Below are positions 39,036 through 49,028 of a DNA stretch of 64,000 nt, piece by piece. This DNA comes from an uncultured bacterium (lineage in GTDB: Bacteria > JAGRBM01 > JAHCIT01). The stretch lies in assembly GCA_964565925.1 (NCBI GenBank), contig CAZMGV010000006.1:128997-192996 (forward strand). The letters run 5' to 3'. Made by a program: the position numbers and the translations under genes. The notes below the pieces were generated by a model. It was not told the DNA's origin. It ran no database searches and was given only the letters and a program-made list of their open reading frames with translations. How positions within the stretch are numbered: position 1 is the first letter of the stretch; every line of letters starts with the position of its first letter.

Positions 39036-40828
39036 TTTTTCGCTTTCTTTCCCGCTTTTTTGGGCGGTTCCGTTCCGGCGGCCGGATTGTCGCGGAGTTT
39101 CTTTTCGATGGACGTCTTGAGCTCGGGGTCAGGATTCAGTTCCAGCGCCTGGCGCCACGTCTCGACCGCTTTTTCCTGATCACCGGTGGACTTGTAGGCG
39201 TCGCCCAGATGGTCGCGGATCTCGGCGACGCCGGGAGACATCTCGACGGCTCTCTTCAGGACCTTGAGCGCTTCGGTGAATTTTCCCTGCTTGAACAGCA
39301 CCCAGCCGAGCGAGTCGGTGATGTTCCCGTCGTCGGGCTGCGCTTCCAGTGCCAGCCGGATCATCTTCTCGGCGTCGGGAAGCCGGATGCCCCGGTCCGC
39401 CCAGCCGTAACCTATGAAATTCAGCGCCTCGGCGTTTTTCGGATCCAGATCCAGCACCCGCTGCATGGTGCGGATGGATTCATCGAAATCCTTCTTCTCC
39501 AGAAGGTATCCGAGCACCACGTGAAGGCGGATCGCTTTGGGGAATTTATCGAGTCCGTCTCGGGCCACCTTGATGCCGTCGTCGATCCGCTTGGCCCTCA
39601 GATACAGGGCTGCCAGGTATTCCGGAAACCGGGGTTCTTCGGGCTTCAGCGCCAGTGCTTTCGAGACGGCGTCGATGGCCGCGCCCTTGCGGTCCAGCTT
39701 CTCCAGTACAAAGGCCTGATACAGCAGCGCTTCCGGAAACACGGGCGACTCGGTCTTGATGCGGCTGAATTCGACGATAGACGCTTCCGGCTGCCCGGTA
39801 TTGTCGAGACTGATGGCAAGGTAGTACCGGACGGCATCGTTGGCCGCATCCCGGGCCAGCACGAGGCGGAACTCCTCGATGGCGGCCTCGAAATTCTTCT
39901 GCTCGAAGTGGGCATAACCCAGCCGCGCCAGTACATCGAGATTGCCGGGCTGACTGTCCCGTTCCTTCTCCAGCACCTTTACGGCCGTGTCGAGTTCGCC
40001 CTGGTTGATGAGCGCCGAGCTGTAGAGACGGCGCAGCTCCTCGTTATCGGGATCGACCTCTTCCACGAGCCGGCGCAGGATATCGAGCGCCTTCTTTTTC
40101 TCGCCATACTGTTCGTAGATCAGGAACAGATCGATATACGCCCGCTTGAACCGGGGAGCGATCTCGATGGTCTGGAGGTACAGGTCTTCGGCCTGCGGAT
40201 ATTTTCCCTGCGACGCGGCGATCTGTGCCAGCGAGAAAAGCGCTACGGTATGCAGGGGCTCGATGTCGAGAACCTTCCGGAAGGTTTTCGTGGCGTCGTC
40301 CATCCGGCCCAGCGTGGTTTCCACGGAACCTTTCTGGAGCAGGGCGGAGATGTTTTCCGGTTCCACTTCCAGGGCGGCGTCGAGCTGCTTCACGGCGTCG
40401 CCAAGCGCGCCCCGGGCCGTGAGCAGCTGGGCATATTTCAGCCGCGCGCCCACATTCTTCACGTCCAGCCGCACGGCTTCCCTGGCGAACGCCTCGGCTT
40501 CCGGAAGTTCGCCCTTCAGCTGGTGAATCTGGGAAAGCCGGAGCTGGACCTCGGCGGAACCGGGGTCGAACTTCGCCGCGTCCTCAAAATCCGACTCGGC
40601 CCCCCGGATGTCGCCCATCCGGAGCTTCATTTCGCCGTCGAAGAACTTGCGGAACGCCCGGTCGTCGGCCTCGCTCTGGGCTTCCACGCCGGCCAGTACG
40701 GTGCTCTGCTCGGGCGCGCCGTCGGCGTGCCCGGCGCAGGCGGCCATGCACACTGTCAGGCTGGCGGGCAGCCAGAACGGTAGACAGCGAGCGGTAGTTC
40801 TGAGGAAGGACGTTATCGAAATTCTCAT
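39032..40828 (-). CDS. TPR-repeat lipoprotein
   Basis: Starts at the internal Met with signal and lipobox (LTVCMAACAG). Many TPR units follow. Lys-rich C-terminus. Confidence 0.8.
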   Translation of the reverse strand: MRISITSFLRTTARCLPFWLPASLTVCMAACAGHADGAPEQSTVLAGVEAQSEADDRAFRKFFDGEMKLRMGDIRGAESDFEDAAKFDPGSAEVQLRLSQIHQLKGELPEAEAFAREAVRLDVKNVGARLKYAQLLTARGALGDAVKQLDAALEVEPENISALLQKGSVETTLGRMDDATKTFRKVLDIEPLHTVALFSLAQIAASQGKYPQAEDLYLQTIEIAPRFKRAYIDLFLIYEQYGEKKKALDILRRLVEEVDPDNEELRRLYSSALINQGELDTAVKVLEKERDSQPGNLDVLARLGYAHFEQKNFEAAIEEFRLVLARDAANDAVRYYLAISLDNTGQPEASIVEFSRIKTESPVFPEALLYQAFVLEKLDRKGAAIDAVSKALALKPEEPRFPEYLAALYLRAKRIDDGIKVARDGLDKFPKAIRLHVVLGYLLEKKDFDESIRTMQRVLDLDPKNAEALNFIGYGWADRGIRLPDAEKMIRLALEAQPDDGNITDSLGWVLFKQGKFTEALKVLKRAVEMSPGVAEIRDHLGDAYKSTGDQEKAVETWRQALELNPDPELKTSIEKKLRDNPAAGTEPPKKAGKKAKK

Positions 40829-40993
40829 CCGGACGGAAACCGTAGCACAGGGTTCCGGGGCCGTCGCTAGGCCGGGCCTTTTGACGTGGGCCGCGGGAAC
40901 CGCCAAAATGAAGCCGTAGTCATTTTTCATCGAGTGGGTGTCCGGACCGGCCGGGACTGTTGAATACCGGACGGACACGAGGGCTTAATCAGG

Positions 40994-41407
40994 GTGGCTC
41001 CTGCGGATATTACCAGTCTGCTCGACGAGGGCCGCAAGGCGCTTATCGACGGTGACGGTGCGGCGTTCAAGGACGTACTGTCGCGGCTGAGCGACTACGC
41101 CCTGGAGATGGCCGACGCCTCCGCCGACGTGCTCCGGGCCCGGCTTCTGTACATGGCCGAAAGTTACGATGAGGCGCTGGACGCCTGCAGGCGGGCGCTG
41201 TCGCAGGGTTCCACCGACGCCATGGCCCACGAGATCCGCGCCCAGATTCATTTCTTCCGCAACGAACTCGAAGAAGCCCGCGAAAGCGCCCTGAGGGCGC
41301 TGGAGTCGGATCCCCTTGGAAGTATCGCGCAGGCGGTGCTCGATCATATCGACCGCCGCCGCGAGAAACTCGCCCGGCCCGGCCAGCCAGACCAGAATGA
41401 ACGCTGA
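40994..41407 (+). CDS. Hypothetical protein, TPR-like helical
   Basis: 137-aa ORF with GTG start. Overlaps the start of the downstream MFS gene. Confidence 0.4.
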   Translation: MAPADITSLLDEGRKALIDGDGAAFKDVLSRLSDYALEMADASADVLRARLLYMAESYDEALDACRRALSQGSTDAMAHEIRAQIHFFRNELEEARESALRALESDPLGSIAQAVLDHIDRRREKLARPGQPDQNER

Positions 41408-42623
41408 CGCCGGGCCTCCGCCCGCGTCCCCGGAGCCCGACTCCAGACTGAAAGCCGCCCGCCGGTTCATCGTCATCATGGGCGTCGTGAGCCTGTTCGG
41501 CGACTTCTGCTACGAAGGCGCCCGCAGCATCGGCGGGCCGTACCTGAGGCTCCTCGGTGCCAGCGCCGCCGCAGTCGGATTTATTGCCGGTCTGGGTGAA
41601 TTCATCGGCTACGGGCTCCGGTATCTGGCCGGATACGTGGGCGACCGCACGCACCGCTACTGGCTGCTCACGATTTTCGGCTATTCGCTGAACCTGATCG
41701 TCATTCCGGGGATGGCGTTCGCGGGCCGCTGGGAAGTGGCGATGGGGCTGTTCCTGATGGAACGGTTCGGCAAGGCGGTGAGAAGCCCCGCCCGCAGCAC
41801 GCTGGTTTCCTACGCCGCAAAGGAAGTCGGCTCGGGCTGGAGCTTCGGTCTTGAGGAAGCCCTGGACCAGATCGGCGCCATCGCCGGGCCGCTGCTCGTG
41901 GGTCTCGCCATGTATCTGCGGCGGGGATCGGCGCCTGCGGAGCAGTATCACCTGGCGTATCTGTTCCTGGCGGCTCCGGCACTGGTCACGATTCTTCTGG
42001 TCGTTTCAGCCCGTTTCAAATATCCGGATCCCCGGTCGTTCGAAACGGACCGGCCTTATGCCGGGAACCATCTGGGCCGGGCTTACTGGATCTATATGGC
42101 GGCAATCGGCCTGCTGGGCGCGGGGTTCGCCGACTGGGCGGTGATCGCATTCCATATCAACAAGACCGGAATGGTCAGCGCTGGACTTATTCCGGTTTTT
42201 TATGCCGGTGCGATGGGCGTGGACGGCGCGGCGGCCCTTTATTTCGGCACCCGGTTCGACCGCCACGGCCTGCCGGTGCTGATGGCGGCGGCGGGGATTT
42301 CGGCGCTGTTCGCGCCGCTGATTTTTCTCATTCACAGCCCCTTCGTGGCAGCGCTGGGACTGTTCTGCTGGGGTGTCGGCATGGGCGCCACCGAGTCGAT
42401 CCTGAAGGCGGTCATCGCCGAACTGGTCCCGCCCGATAAGCGGAGCCAGGCGTACGGCACCTTCTATGCGGTCTACGGTCTCTGCTGGTGGATGGGAAGC
42501 GCCGTGATGGGCGCACTTTACGACCGGTCACTTGTCGCGCTTGTCGTCTTTTCCGTGACCATGCAGCTCGCGGCCATACCGGTTCTGTTCGTCGTGAATC
42601 GCCAGCTCAAAAAACCGGCATAG
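41397..42623 (+). CDS. MFS transporter
   Basis: About 408 aa with 12 predicted TM helices and an MFS-like layout. Confidence 0.8.
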   Translation: MNADAGPPPASPEPDSRLKAARRFIVIMGVVSLFGDFCYEGARSIGGPYLRLLGASAAAVGFIAGLGEFIGYGLRYLAGYVGDRTHRYWLLTIFGYSLNLIVIPGMAFAGRWEVAMGLFLMERFGKAVRSPARSTLVSYAAKEVGSGWSFGLEEALDQIGAIAGPLLVGLAMYLRRGSAPAEQYHLAYLFLAAPALVTILLVVSARFKYPDPRSFETDRPYAGNHLGRAYWIYMAAIGLLGAGFADWAVIAFHINKTGMVSAGLIPVFYAGAMGVDGAAALYFGTRFDRHGLPVLMAAAGISALFAPLIFLIHSPFVAALGLFCWGVGMGATESILKAVIAELVPPDKRSQAYGTFYAVYGLCWWMGSAVMGALYDRSLVALVVFSVTMQLAAIPVLFVVNRQLKKPA

Positions 42624-42629
42624 GTAAGC

Positions 42630-43082
42630 TCAGTCGTGATGCGGCCGGTGCGCCCGCCAGTTGGGGTCGGGCGGCGGATGCGGCACGTAACCGTCGACAT
42701 AGATCATCTTCGGGAATCCCGATTCCGGGATAAGGTGCATCTGGTCTTCGCCCAGTTCCACGAGCCGGGCGTAATGTTTCTTTGCCGCCTCGACAAACAG
42801 GTCGTTCCGGAGCGGCGTAGACAGGTGCCGTGTCCGTTCGAGTTTCTCGATACCGCGCTCGAACAGGGCCTTCGCTCCGGGATAACCCAGCCCCACGATC
42901 TTGTAGTAGGCGACCGCCGTCTGGATAAGCCCCTGATAGTAGACCTTCTGGTCCCCGAGCGACTCCAGCCACACCTCTTCGAACGCGTCGTGGCACGCGT
43001 GATATTCGCCGGAATTGAAAAGCCGCACGCCCTCGTCGGCAAGATCGGGCCATTCGATGGAGAACTGCGGGGGCTTGCTCAT
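42630..43082 (-). CDS. DUF309 domain protein
   Basis: GVRLFNSGEYHACHDAFEEVWLES matches the DUF309 signature (FN.G.Y.E.HE.WE). Confidence 0.65.
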   Translation of the reverse strand: MSKPPQFSIEWPDLADEGVRLFNSGEYHACHDAFEEVWLESLGDQKVYYQGLIQTAVAYYKIVGLGYPGAKALFERGIEKLERTRHLSTPLRNDLFVEAAKKHYARLVELGEDQMHLIPESGFPKMIYVDGYVPHPPPDPNWRAHRPHHD

Positions 43083-43110
43083 GGGCCGATTGTGGGAAAC
43101 GCTCCGGGCG

Positions 43111-43611
43111 ATGACAATGGCCCCGTCCCGCTATCTGCCGAGGTTTTCGGCGCTGATTCTAGCCGCCCTTATCGCGCTCGGCTTCGCGCCCCTGCTTTCC
43201 TGCAGCGGCCCGGGCCATCTCACCGAAATCGTCCTGAAACCGGGCGAGTCCGGTGCCACGAAGGACGATCCGGTCGAAATATCGGCGACCCCGTCCAGTA
43301 GCACAGACGTTCAGTTCGTTCTGTCGGCGGCAAATGGTTTTACCGGGGACGTGTCGGTGCTGGTTTTCCCGGATCCGCTGGTTCTGAAAGACATCAATGA
43401 CGATGACCGGTCCGTTTCTGTCAATTTCACTCCGCCCCGCCCGTATACCTTCTCTGATGTGGTCGCCAGCCAGCTGGTGACGGTCACGTTCGACGCCGAG
43501 GACAACATGGTCCCGCCGGCCGATGCGGTCTACCGGATCAAGATCAGCTCCGGCGCCGTCGGCGAACTGGTCGACAGCGGTGTCGACCTCTATTTCAAGA
43601 TAGTCCCGTAA
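43111..43611 (+). CDS. Putative lipoprotein (hypothetical)
   Basis: Signal peptide and lipobox (LIALGFAPLLSCSG). The start is uncertain (43081 or 43111). Confidence 0.4.
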   Translation: MTMAPSRYLPRFSALILAALIALGFAPLLSCSGPGHLTEIVLKPGESGATKDDPVEISATPSSSTDVQFVLSAANGFTGDVSVLVFPDPLVLKDINDDDRSVSVNFTPPRPYTFSDVVASQLVTVTFDAEDNMVPPADAVYRIKISSGAVGELVDSGVDLYFKIVP

Positions 43612-43675
43612 CGGACCGGGCTACCGGCAGACATTAACAGGGGATCATTCGGGTCCCTGAAGGCATGGGTCTGTC

Positions 43676-44428
43676 TTGAGTTCTGCCGTTGCCACCTTTC
43701 CGCCAGCCGGGATACCCTCGGTGGACATTCGGGCCGTTCCGGCCGGAGTGTTTTCCAGGGGAGCGGGATTGGCGGAATCCGCAAAAGCAGCCGGGCCGAG
43801 AACCGACGAGACGGAGCTTATCGCCCGTCTTCTGGACGGCGATGAAGCGGCGTTCTCGGAGCTCGTCCGGTCGTACCATCCGTCCCTCGTCCGGCTGGCC
43901 CGGAATTTCGTCCAGTCGGAATCGGTCGCCGAAGAGGTGGCCCAGGAAACCTGGCTCGAGGTGCTGAAGGGTCTTGAACGGTTCGAACGGCGGTCGTCGC
44001 TGAAGACCTGGATCTTCCGAATCCTCATGAACCGCGCCCGTACCCGCGGCGAGCGTGAACGCCGGACGGTTTCCTTTTCCGATCTCTCGACGCCCGATCA
44101 TGAATTCGAGCCGGAACCGGCCGTCGATCCGGCGCGGTTCGCCGCCAACGGACACTGGGTGACATTTCCCGATGCATGGCATGCGACCACGCCGGAATCG
44201 CTGCTCGCGGACCGGCAGACCGGCTCCATTTTGATGGAGGCCATCAACAGCCTGCCGCCGAATCTGAGAGCGGTTATCGAGTTACGGGACCGTGACCAGT
44301 GGAACTCGGACGAAGTCTGCGATCTGCTTGGTATTTCCGAGGCCAATCAGCGGGTGCTGTTGCATCGGGCGCGCGCACGGGTGAGAAAGGCCGTCGAAGA
44401 CCGGCTGGGCAGGGGGGCTGCATCATGA
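43676..44428 (+). CDS. ECF (sigma-70 family) RNA polymerase sigma factor
   Basis: Region 2 (LVRLARNFVQSESVAEEVAQETWLEV) and region 4 (DLLGISEANQRVLLHRARARV). Confidence 0.85.
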   Translation: MSSAVATFPPAGIPSVDIRAVPAGVFSRGAGLAESAKAAGPRTDETELIARLLDGDEAAFSELVRSYHPSLVRLARNFVQSESVAEEVAQETWLEVLKGLERFERRSSLKTWIFRILMNRARTRGERERRTVSFSDLSTPDHEFEPEPAVDPARFAANGHWVTFPDAWHATTPESLLADRQTGSILMEAINSLPPNLRAVIELRDRDQWNSDEVCDLLGISEANQRVLLHRARARVRKAVEDRLGRGAAS

Positions 44429-44757
44429 ATACAACCCCGGCGATGAAGAACGGCGAGTCCGGGCGGACTGATTCCGGCCGGAATAGTTCCGGCCGGACCG
44501 GAAAAGGCGGATTCCTGCTCAGCTGCCGGTACGTCACGGAAGTGATTACCGACTATCTGGAAGGGAAAATGCCGTTCTGGGACCGTTTCCGGTTCCAGCT
44601 GCACCTGGGCATGTGTGCGGGCTGCCGGCGCTATCTGAACCAAATCCGGCTGACGGCGGCCGCCACCGGCAGCCTTCCGGACGATCCCGTGCCTGCGGAC
44701 GTCGAGAAGGAGCTGCTCGAACGGTTCCGCAGCTGGAAGAAAAAACCCCAGCCTTAA
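44425..44757 (+). CDS. Anti-sigma factor, zinc-finger (zf-HC2/ChrR-like)
   Basis: HLGMCAGCRRYL zinc-binding motif. Translationally coupled to the ECF sigma gene. Confidence 0.7.
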   Translation: MNTTPAMKNGESGRTDSGRNSSGRTGKGGFLLSCRYVTEVITDYLEGKMPFWDRFRFQLHLGMCAGCRRYLNQIRLTAAATGSLPDDPVPADVEKELLERFRSWKKKPQP

Positions 44758-44814
44758 GAACATCCTGTTCCCCAAAGCCTTCCGGACGGCTATGCCTGTG
44801 TCCCGGAGGGTACG

Positions 44815-45528
44815 TTGAAGAAACTCCTGAACGGTATCGTCAACTTCCGCCGGAATATCGCCCCCGGATACGCCGAAACTTTCGCGCGTCTGGCGCTCGG
44901 CCAGTCGCCGGATACGCTTTTCATGGCATGTTCCGACAGCCGCGTGGTGCCGAACCTGTTCGCGTCCACGGATCCGGGCGACCTGTTCGTCTGCCGTAAC
45001 GTCGGCAACCTGATTCCGCCGTGCAAGTCGGGAGAGGCAATCTCCGGCGAAGAGTCCGAAGCGGCCATTATCGAGTTCGCCGTCATGGCCCTGCGGGTAA
45101 GCGATATCGTCGTCTGCGGGCACTCCGAATGCGGCGCCATGAACGCGCTTCTCCGCGGGCGCGAACATGCACCGGCACCGCATCTGCGCGAATGGCTCCA
45201 GCATGCCGATCCGGCCCTGTTCCGGTACCGCAAGGGCGAACGCCTTCGGGGCGACGCTTCGGACGTGAATCATCTGGGCCGCCTGAACGTCCTGCAGCAG
45301 GTGGAGCACGTAAAGACCTATCCCTGCGTCCAGGAACGGCTTCGCGCCGGCACGCTGGAAATCCACGCCTGGTGGTTCGACATCGGTCAGGCGCAGGTCT
45401 CGTCGTGGGAGGCCGACCGCGGCGAATTTGTCGTCATCGACGAAGACGAGGCGGCCCGCATTCTGGCCCGGATCGAAGCCCACGAGGCAGCCGAACGCGC
45501 CAGCGGCACTTCCAAACCCCTGAAATAG
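44815..45528 (+). CDS. Beta-class carbonic anhydrase
   Basis: CSDSRV and HSECGA zinc-ligand motifs. TTG start. Confidence 0.9.
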   Translation: MKKLLNGIVNFRRNIAPGYAETFARLALGQSPDTLFMACSDSRVVPNLFASTDPGDLFVCRNVGNLIPPCKSGEAISGEESEAAIIEFAVMALRVSDIVVCGHSECGAMNALLRGREHAPAPHLREWLQHADPALFRYRKGERLRGDASDVNHLGRLNVLQQVEHVKTYPCVQERLRAGTLEIHAWWFDIGQAQVSSWEADRGEFVVIDEDEAARILARIEAHEAAERASGTSKPLK

Positions 45529-45645
45529 CTGGCGATATAGCCGGTTCTTTTAGCCCCTTGTCCGTCCCCGGATCGTGGACATTCTACGGTTGTAGCCCTG
45601 TGCCGCCCGAGAGGCGCACAGCGGCAACGTGGAGTCCTTAAGGTA

Positions 45646-45981
45646 ATGGGCGCAATCAGTTTCAAGACGATCACCCGCACGGTAGCCCTGAGCGATCAGG
45701 CCCGTTTGCGGCTGTATCCGCCTGCCTACGGGCTTGAACGGTGGCAGGTGGACGGCATTGTGGACGACGGCGCTGCGAAGATGCTCGTCATGCAGCTGAT
45801 CGGCACGCGTCAGTCTGTGGGCAGTCTCGACCATGTCGTTCTGGACTGGCAGGACGCGACCGTTGACGGAGACGGGGCGGCGATGGCCTGCGATCTTGCC
45901 GAAAAATGCGGTGCCAGGCTTTCCCACAAGCCCGCCGGTCTGGGCACTCCTGAGCCTGACTCCACTATGCCGCAGGCGTGA
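45646..45981 (+). CDS. Hypothetical protein (111 aa)
   Basis: ORF only, with a weak RBS. Confidence 0.3.
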   Translation: MGAISFKTITRTVALSDQARLRLYPPAYGLERWQVDGIVDDGAAKMLVMQLIGTRQSVGSLDHVVLDWQDATVDGDGAAMACDLAEKCGARLSHKPAGLGTPEPDSTMPQA

Positions 45982-46087
45982 CCGCCGGTTTCATCCCTTT
46001 CCAGTATTCCTGTATCCGGAGACAACGGGGTTGCGCTGCGCAGTCATGCGCAGTTAGGGTTTTCGCAGAGGATAAAGGGCTTTCTCC

Positions 46088-46450
46088 ATGCAGCTCACCC
46101 GCGAATTCCGGTTCAATGCGTCGCACCAGATTCCCAACCATGACGGGCTCTGCCAGAACCTGCATGGGCACGGCTACCTGCTCTACATCACGGTGCAGGG
46201 GAAGGTGGACCCCAGGACCGGCATGGTGATCGACTTCGACGAGATGGACCGCATTGTCCGCGAAAACGTGCTGAAGACGCTCGATCACAGCTTCCTGAAC
46301 AACACGATTCCGCTTCCGTCGTGCGAGAACATCGCCGTCTGGATCTGGAACCACGTCAAGCCCGGTCTGGCCGGTCTCTGTGAGGTCAAGCTGTACGAAA
46401 CCCATGATTCCTGCGTGATCTACCGCGGTGAAAACGAGCAGGCGGCCTGA
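46088..46450 (+). CDS. queD: 6-carboxytetrahydropterin synthase / 6-pyruvoyl-tetrahydropterin synthase
   Basis: FRFNASHQIP...LHGHGY zinc-ligand pattern and an active-site Cys-containing loop. 120 aa. Confidence 0.9.
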   Translation: MQLTREFRFNASHQIPNHDGLCQNLHGHGYLLYITVQGKVDPRTGMVIDFDEMDRIVRENVLKTLDHSFLNNTIPLPSCENIAVWIWNHVKPGLAGLCEVKLYETHDSCVIYRGENEQAA

Positions 46451-46456
46451 CGCTCC

Positions 46457-47041
46457 GTGGCTTCCCGTAAAAAACAGACCCCCGAAACCCGGCGCAAGCT
46501 CGTCGAAAAATCCGTGAAGGATTTTCTGGATGCGCTCGATGTGAATGATCCTTACGCAGTTTCGATGCCAAGGATCGTCGCCCGGGACTGGCCGCTCGAA
46601 GTGCTCGATGGCTATCACCAGGATCCGGAAAAACTCCTGAAGACCGAGCCGATCGAAGCGTTCATGGGCCAGATGATCATCGTGCGGGATATCGCCTTCA
46701 CCTCGATCTGCTGCCATCACCTGCTGCCGTTCGTGGGACGCGCGGCGATCGCCTACCTTCCGGACAAAAAGGTGACCGGCTTTTCGGCGCTCGGCCGGGT
46801 TGTGGACTGCTTCGCGCACCGGTTCCAGACCCAGGAGCGGATGACCGACCAGATTGTAAGGTCGATCGACCGGACGCTGAAACCTAAAGGGGTCGCGGTC
46901 CGGCTTGAGGCCGAGCAGTTGTGCATGTGCTCGCGCGGGCCCAAGAAACACGGAGCCCGGGTGGTGACGACTTCCTTCACCGGCGTGTTCAAGTCCAGCC
47001 GCCGCCAGCGGGACGAGTTTCTCCGGGCTGCCGGTCTCTGA
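46457..47041 (+). CDS. folE: GTP cyclohydrolase I
   Basis: FTSICCHHLLPF and FAHRFQTQERMT are FolE signatures. Confidence 0.9.
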   Translation: MASRKKQTPETRRKLVEKSVKDFLDALDVNDPYAVSMPRIVARDWPLEVLDGYHQDPEKLLKTEPIEAFMGQMIIVRDIAFTSICCHHLLPFVGRAAIAYLPDKKVTGFSALGRVVDCFAHRFQTQERMTDQIVRSIDRTLKPKGVAVRLEAEQLCMCSRGPKKHGARVVTTSFTGVFKSSRRQRDEFLRAAGL

Positions 47042-47066
47042 AATAAAGCGGAGATACAAGCCGGAC

Positions 47067-47783
47067 ATGGACTCTCTCAAAGGCAAAGTCGCGCTCGTCA
47101 CCGGGGCCTCGCGCGGCATCGGAAAAGCGGTCGCGCTGGAACTGGCCTGTTACGGCGTGAAGCTGGCGGTGCACTCCCGGTCCGACGAATCGCTCGCGAA
47201 AGTCATCCCTGAACTGAGAGCGGCGGGCGTCCAGGTGCTGGGACTGCCGGGGCTTCTGGAGCATCCGGGCGTCGCCGCGGAACTGGTCAGAAAGACCGCC
47301 GCCCATTTCGGCCGCCTCGACATCGCGGTGAACAATGCCGGGATCAATATCGTGAAAAATCTCGATGAACTCACCCGCGAGCAGTTCGAAAAGGTCTTGC
47401 AGGTGAATCTGCTGGCGCCGTTCGAAGTGTCGGCCGAAGCGCTGAAAATCATGAAAAAGCAGAAATCGGGCGTGATCGTCAACGTCTCCAGCGTGTCTGC
47501 GAAAACCGGTTTGCCGAAGTTCCCCGGTTTTGCCGCCTACTCGGCTTCCAAATACGGCCTTCAGGGGCTCACCGACGTCACTCACGCCGAAGGCAGGCCC
47601 TTCGGTATCCGGGTCGTGGCGGTGCAGCCCGGTTCGGTCGACACCGACATGCTGCGGGAGTCCCTGCCCGGAGCCGGTGCGGACAGGGTGCTCAAGCCCG
47701 TCGAAGTCGCACGGGTCGTGGCGTTCGCCTGTTCCGGCGGCGGTGCGTCTCTGGCCGGTACGACGGTTGAGGTATGGCCATGA
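47067..47783 (+). CDS. SDR family oxidoreductase (sepiapterin-reductase-like candidate)
   Basis: TGASRGIGKA cofactor motif and YSASK catalytic motif. Immediately follows the PTPS-FolE pair. Confidence 0.85.
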   Translation: MDSLKGKVALVTGASRGIGKAVALELACYGVKLAVHSRSDESLAKVIPELRAAGVQVLGLPGLLEHPGVAAELVRKTAAHFGRLDIAVNNAGINIVKNLDELTREQFEKVLQVNLLAPFEVSAEALKIMKKQKSGVIVNVSSVSAKTGLPKFPGFAAYSASKYGLQGLTDVTHAEGRPFGIRVVAVQPGSVDTDMLRESLPGAGADRVLKPVEVARVVAFACSGGGASLAGTTVEVWP

Positions 47784-48754
47784 CCGGATCGGCCGATCGG
47801 AAACTGTTCAAGCCGCCGGTTGAAGTGGGTGAAGCCGGCAAAGGCGTCTACTGCGTCGATCTGTTCGAGGGCGGCCATCCGGACCGGACCTGCGCTTATA
47901 TCGTGAAAGACGGAGGCCGGGCGGCGATTGTCGAGACCGGTGCCGCTCCGCTTTCCTGGCGGGTACTCAAGTCGCTTGAGACGCTCGGTCTTTCGGCGGA
48001 CGCGGTCGAATGGATCGTGCTGACGCATATCCACCTCGATCACGGCGGCGGCGCCGGCTGGCTGATGGAAAACCTGCCGAATGCGAAAGTCGGCGTGCAC
48101 CCGCGCGGCGGGCGGCATCTCGTTGATCCGTCCCGGCTCATTGCCGGTGCGCGGGCCGTTTACGGCGACCGGTTCGATTCGATGTTCGCGCCGATCGTTC
48201 CTATTCCCGCGGACAGAGTGGTTGAAGTCCCTGACGGCGGAACGGTCGCGATGAGCACCGGCCGCACGTTCGAAATCATCCACCTGGCGGGTCACGCGAG
48301 GCACCATTTCGTGGCGGTGGACCGCACTTCCGACGGCGTCTTTACCGGAGACAACGCCGGGGTCAGATACCCCTGGCTTTCCCGGTACGGATTCACGCCC
48401 GCACTGCCCACGACCTCGCCGTCGGAGTTCGATCCGCCCGAGCTGGAAAAGACGATGGACCGGCTCGTGAACCTCGGCGTGAAGAACTATTACTTCACGC
48501 ATTTCTCGTGCGGCACGGCGGCGGAAGTCCGCGAATGCCGGAACTGGATCGCCGGGTACGTGAAGCTGGTGAAGGAAACCGGTGCCGACTGGGAGAAGTT
48601 ACGCGGCAGGTTCCGCCAGGAGATCACGGAGGCGCTCGTCAGGCGGGGAGTTCCTGCGGGCGCGCCGGAACTGAAAAGTCTCGAACTCGATCACGAGATC
48701 AACGCCAAGGGTGTTGCGCTGTGGTGGGAAAAAGCGGGCGGGATAAACGGCTGA
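47780..48754 (+). CDS. MBL-fold metallo-hydrolase
   Basis: THIHLDHGGG metal-binding motif. Start overlaps the preceding SDR stop. Confidence 0.8.
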   Translation: MTGSADRKLFKPPVEVGEAGKGVYCVDLFEGGHPDRTCAYIVKDGGRAAIVETGAAPLSWRVLKSLETLGLSADAVEWIVLTHIHLDHGGGAGWLMENLPNAKVGVHPRGGRHLVDPSRLIAGARAVYGDRFDSMFAPIVPIPADRVVEVPDGGTVAMSTGRTFEIIHLAGHARHHFVAVDRTSDGVFTGDNAGVRYPWLSRYGFTPALPTTSPSEFDPPELEKTMDRLVNLGVKNYYFTHFSCGTAAEVRECRNWIAGYVKLVKETGADWEKLRGRFRQEITEALVRRGVPAGAPELKSLELDHEINAKGVALWWEKAGGING

Positions 48755-48787
48755 GGCCGCTGCTGTAAGCCACCCCCAAAAGGGGGA

Positions 48788-48821
48788 GCCCCGGACATCG
48801 GGGGAGGCCAATGTCCGGGGC
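48788..48821. terminator. Stem-loop downstream of MBL gene (GCCCCGGACAT...ATGTCCGGGGC)
   Basis: 11-bp perfect stem with a 12-nt loop. No strong T-run follows. Confidence 0.4.
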
Positions 48822-48970
48822 TATAGGAGGAGAAGTGCTCTGAAGTTTGAGATAGAGCACGCCTTGTGCCGCCATCAGCCGGCTATTCAAAAAACAAACA
48901 ACTTGTTGTAATTACAGAGTAATTTTCCAATTGATCGCGCTGATTTCCAACGCGCAGATCAAGTATCATT

Positions 48971-48987
48971 TTGAGAAAATTTCTCAA
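48971..48987. promoter_or_regulatory. 17-bp perfect palindrome TTGAGAAA-A-TTTCTCAA upstream of PilR-like gene
   Basis: Seen in the sequence. A second related palindrome CTCAA-T-TTGAG lies about 30 bp downstream, in an AT-rich intergenic region. Confidence 0.4.
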
Positions 48988-49028
48988 TGTGATACAAATA
49001 ATTCTCAATTTGAGGTGAGTGGGCATTT

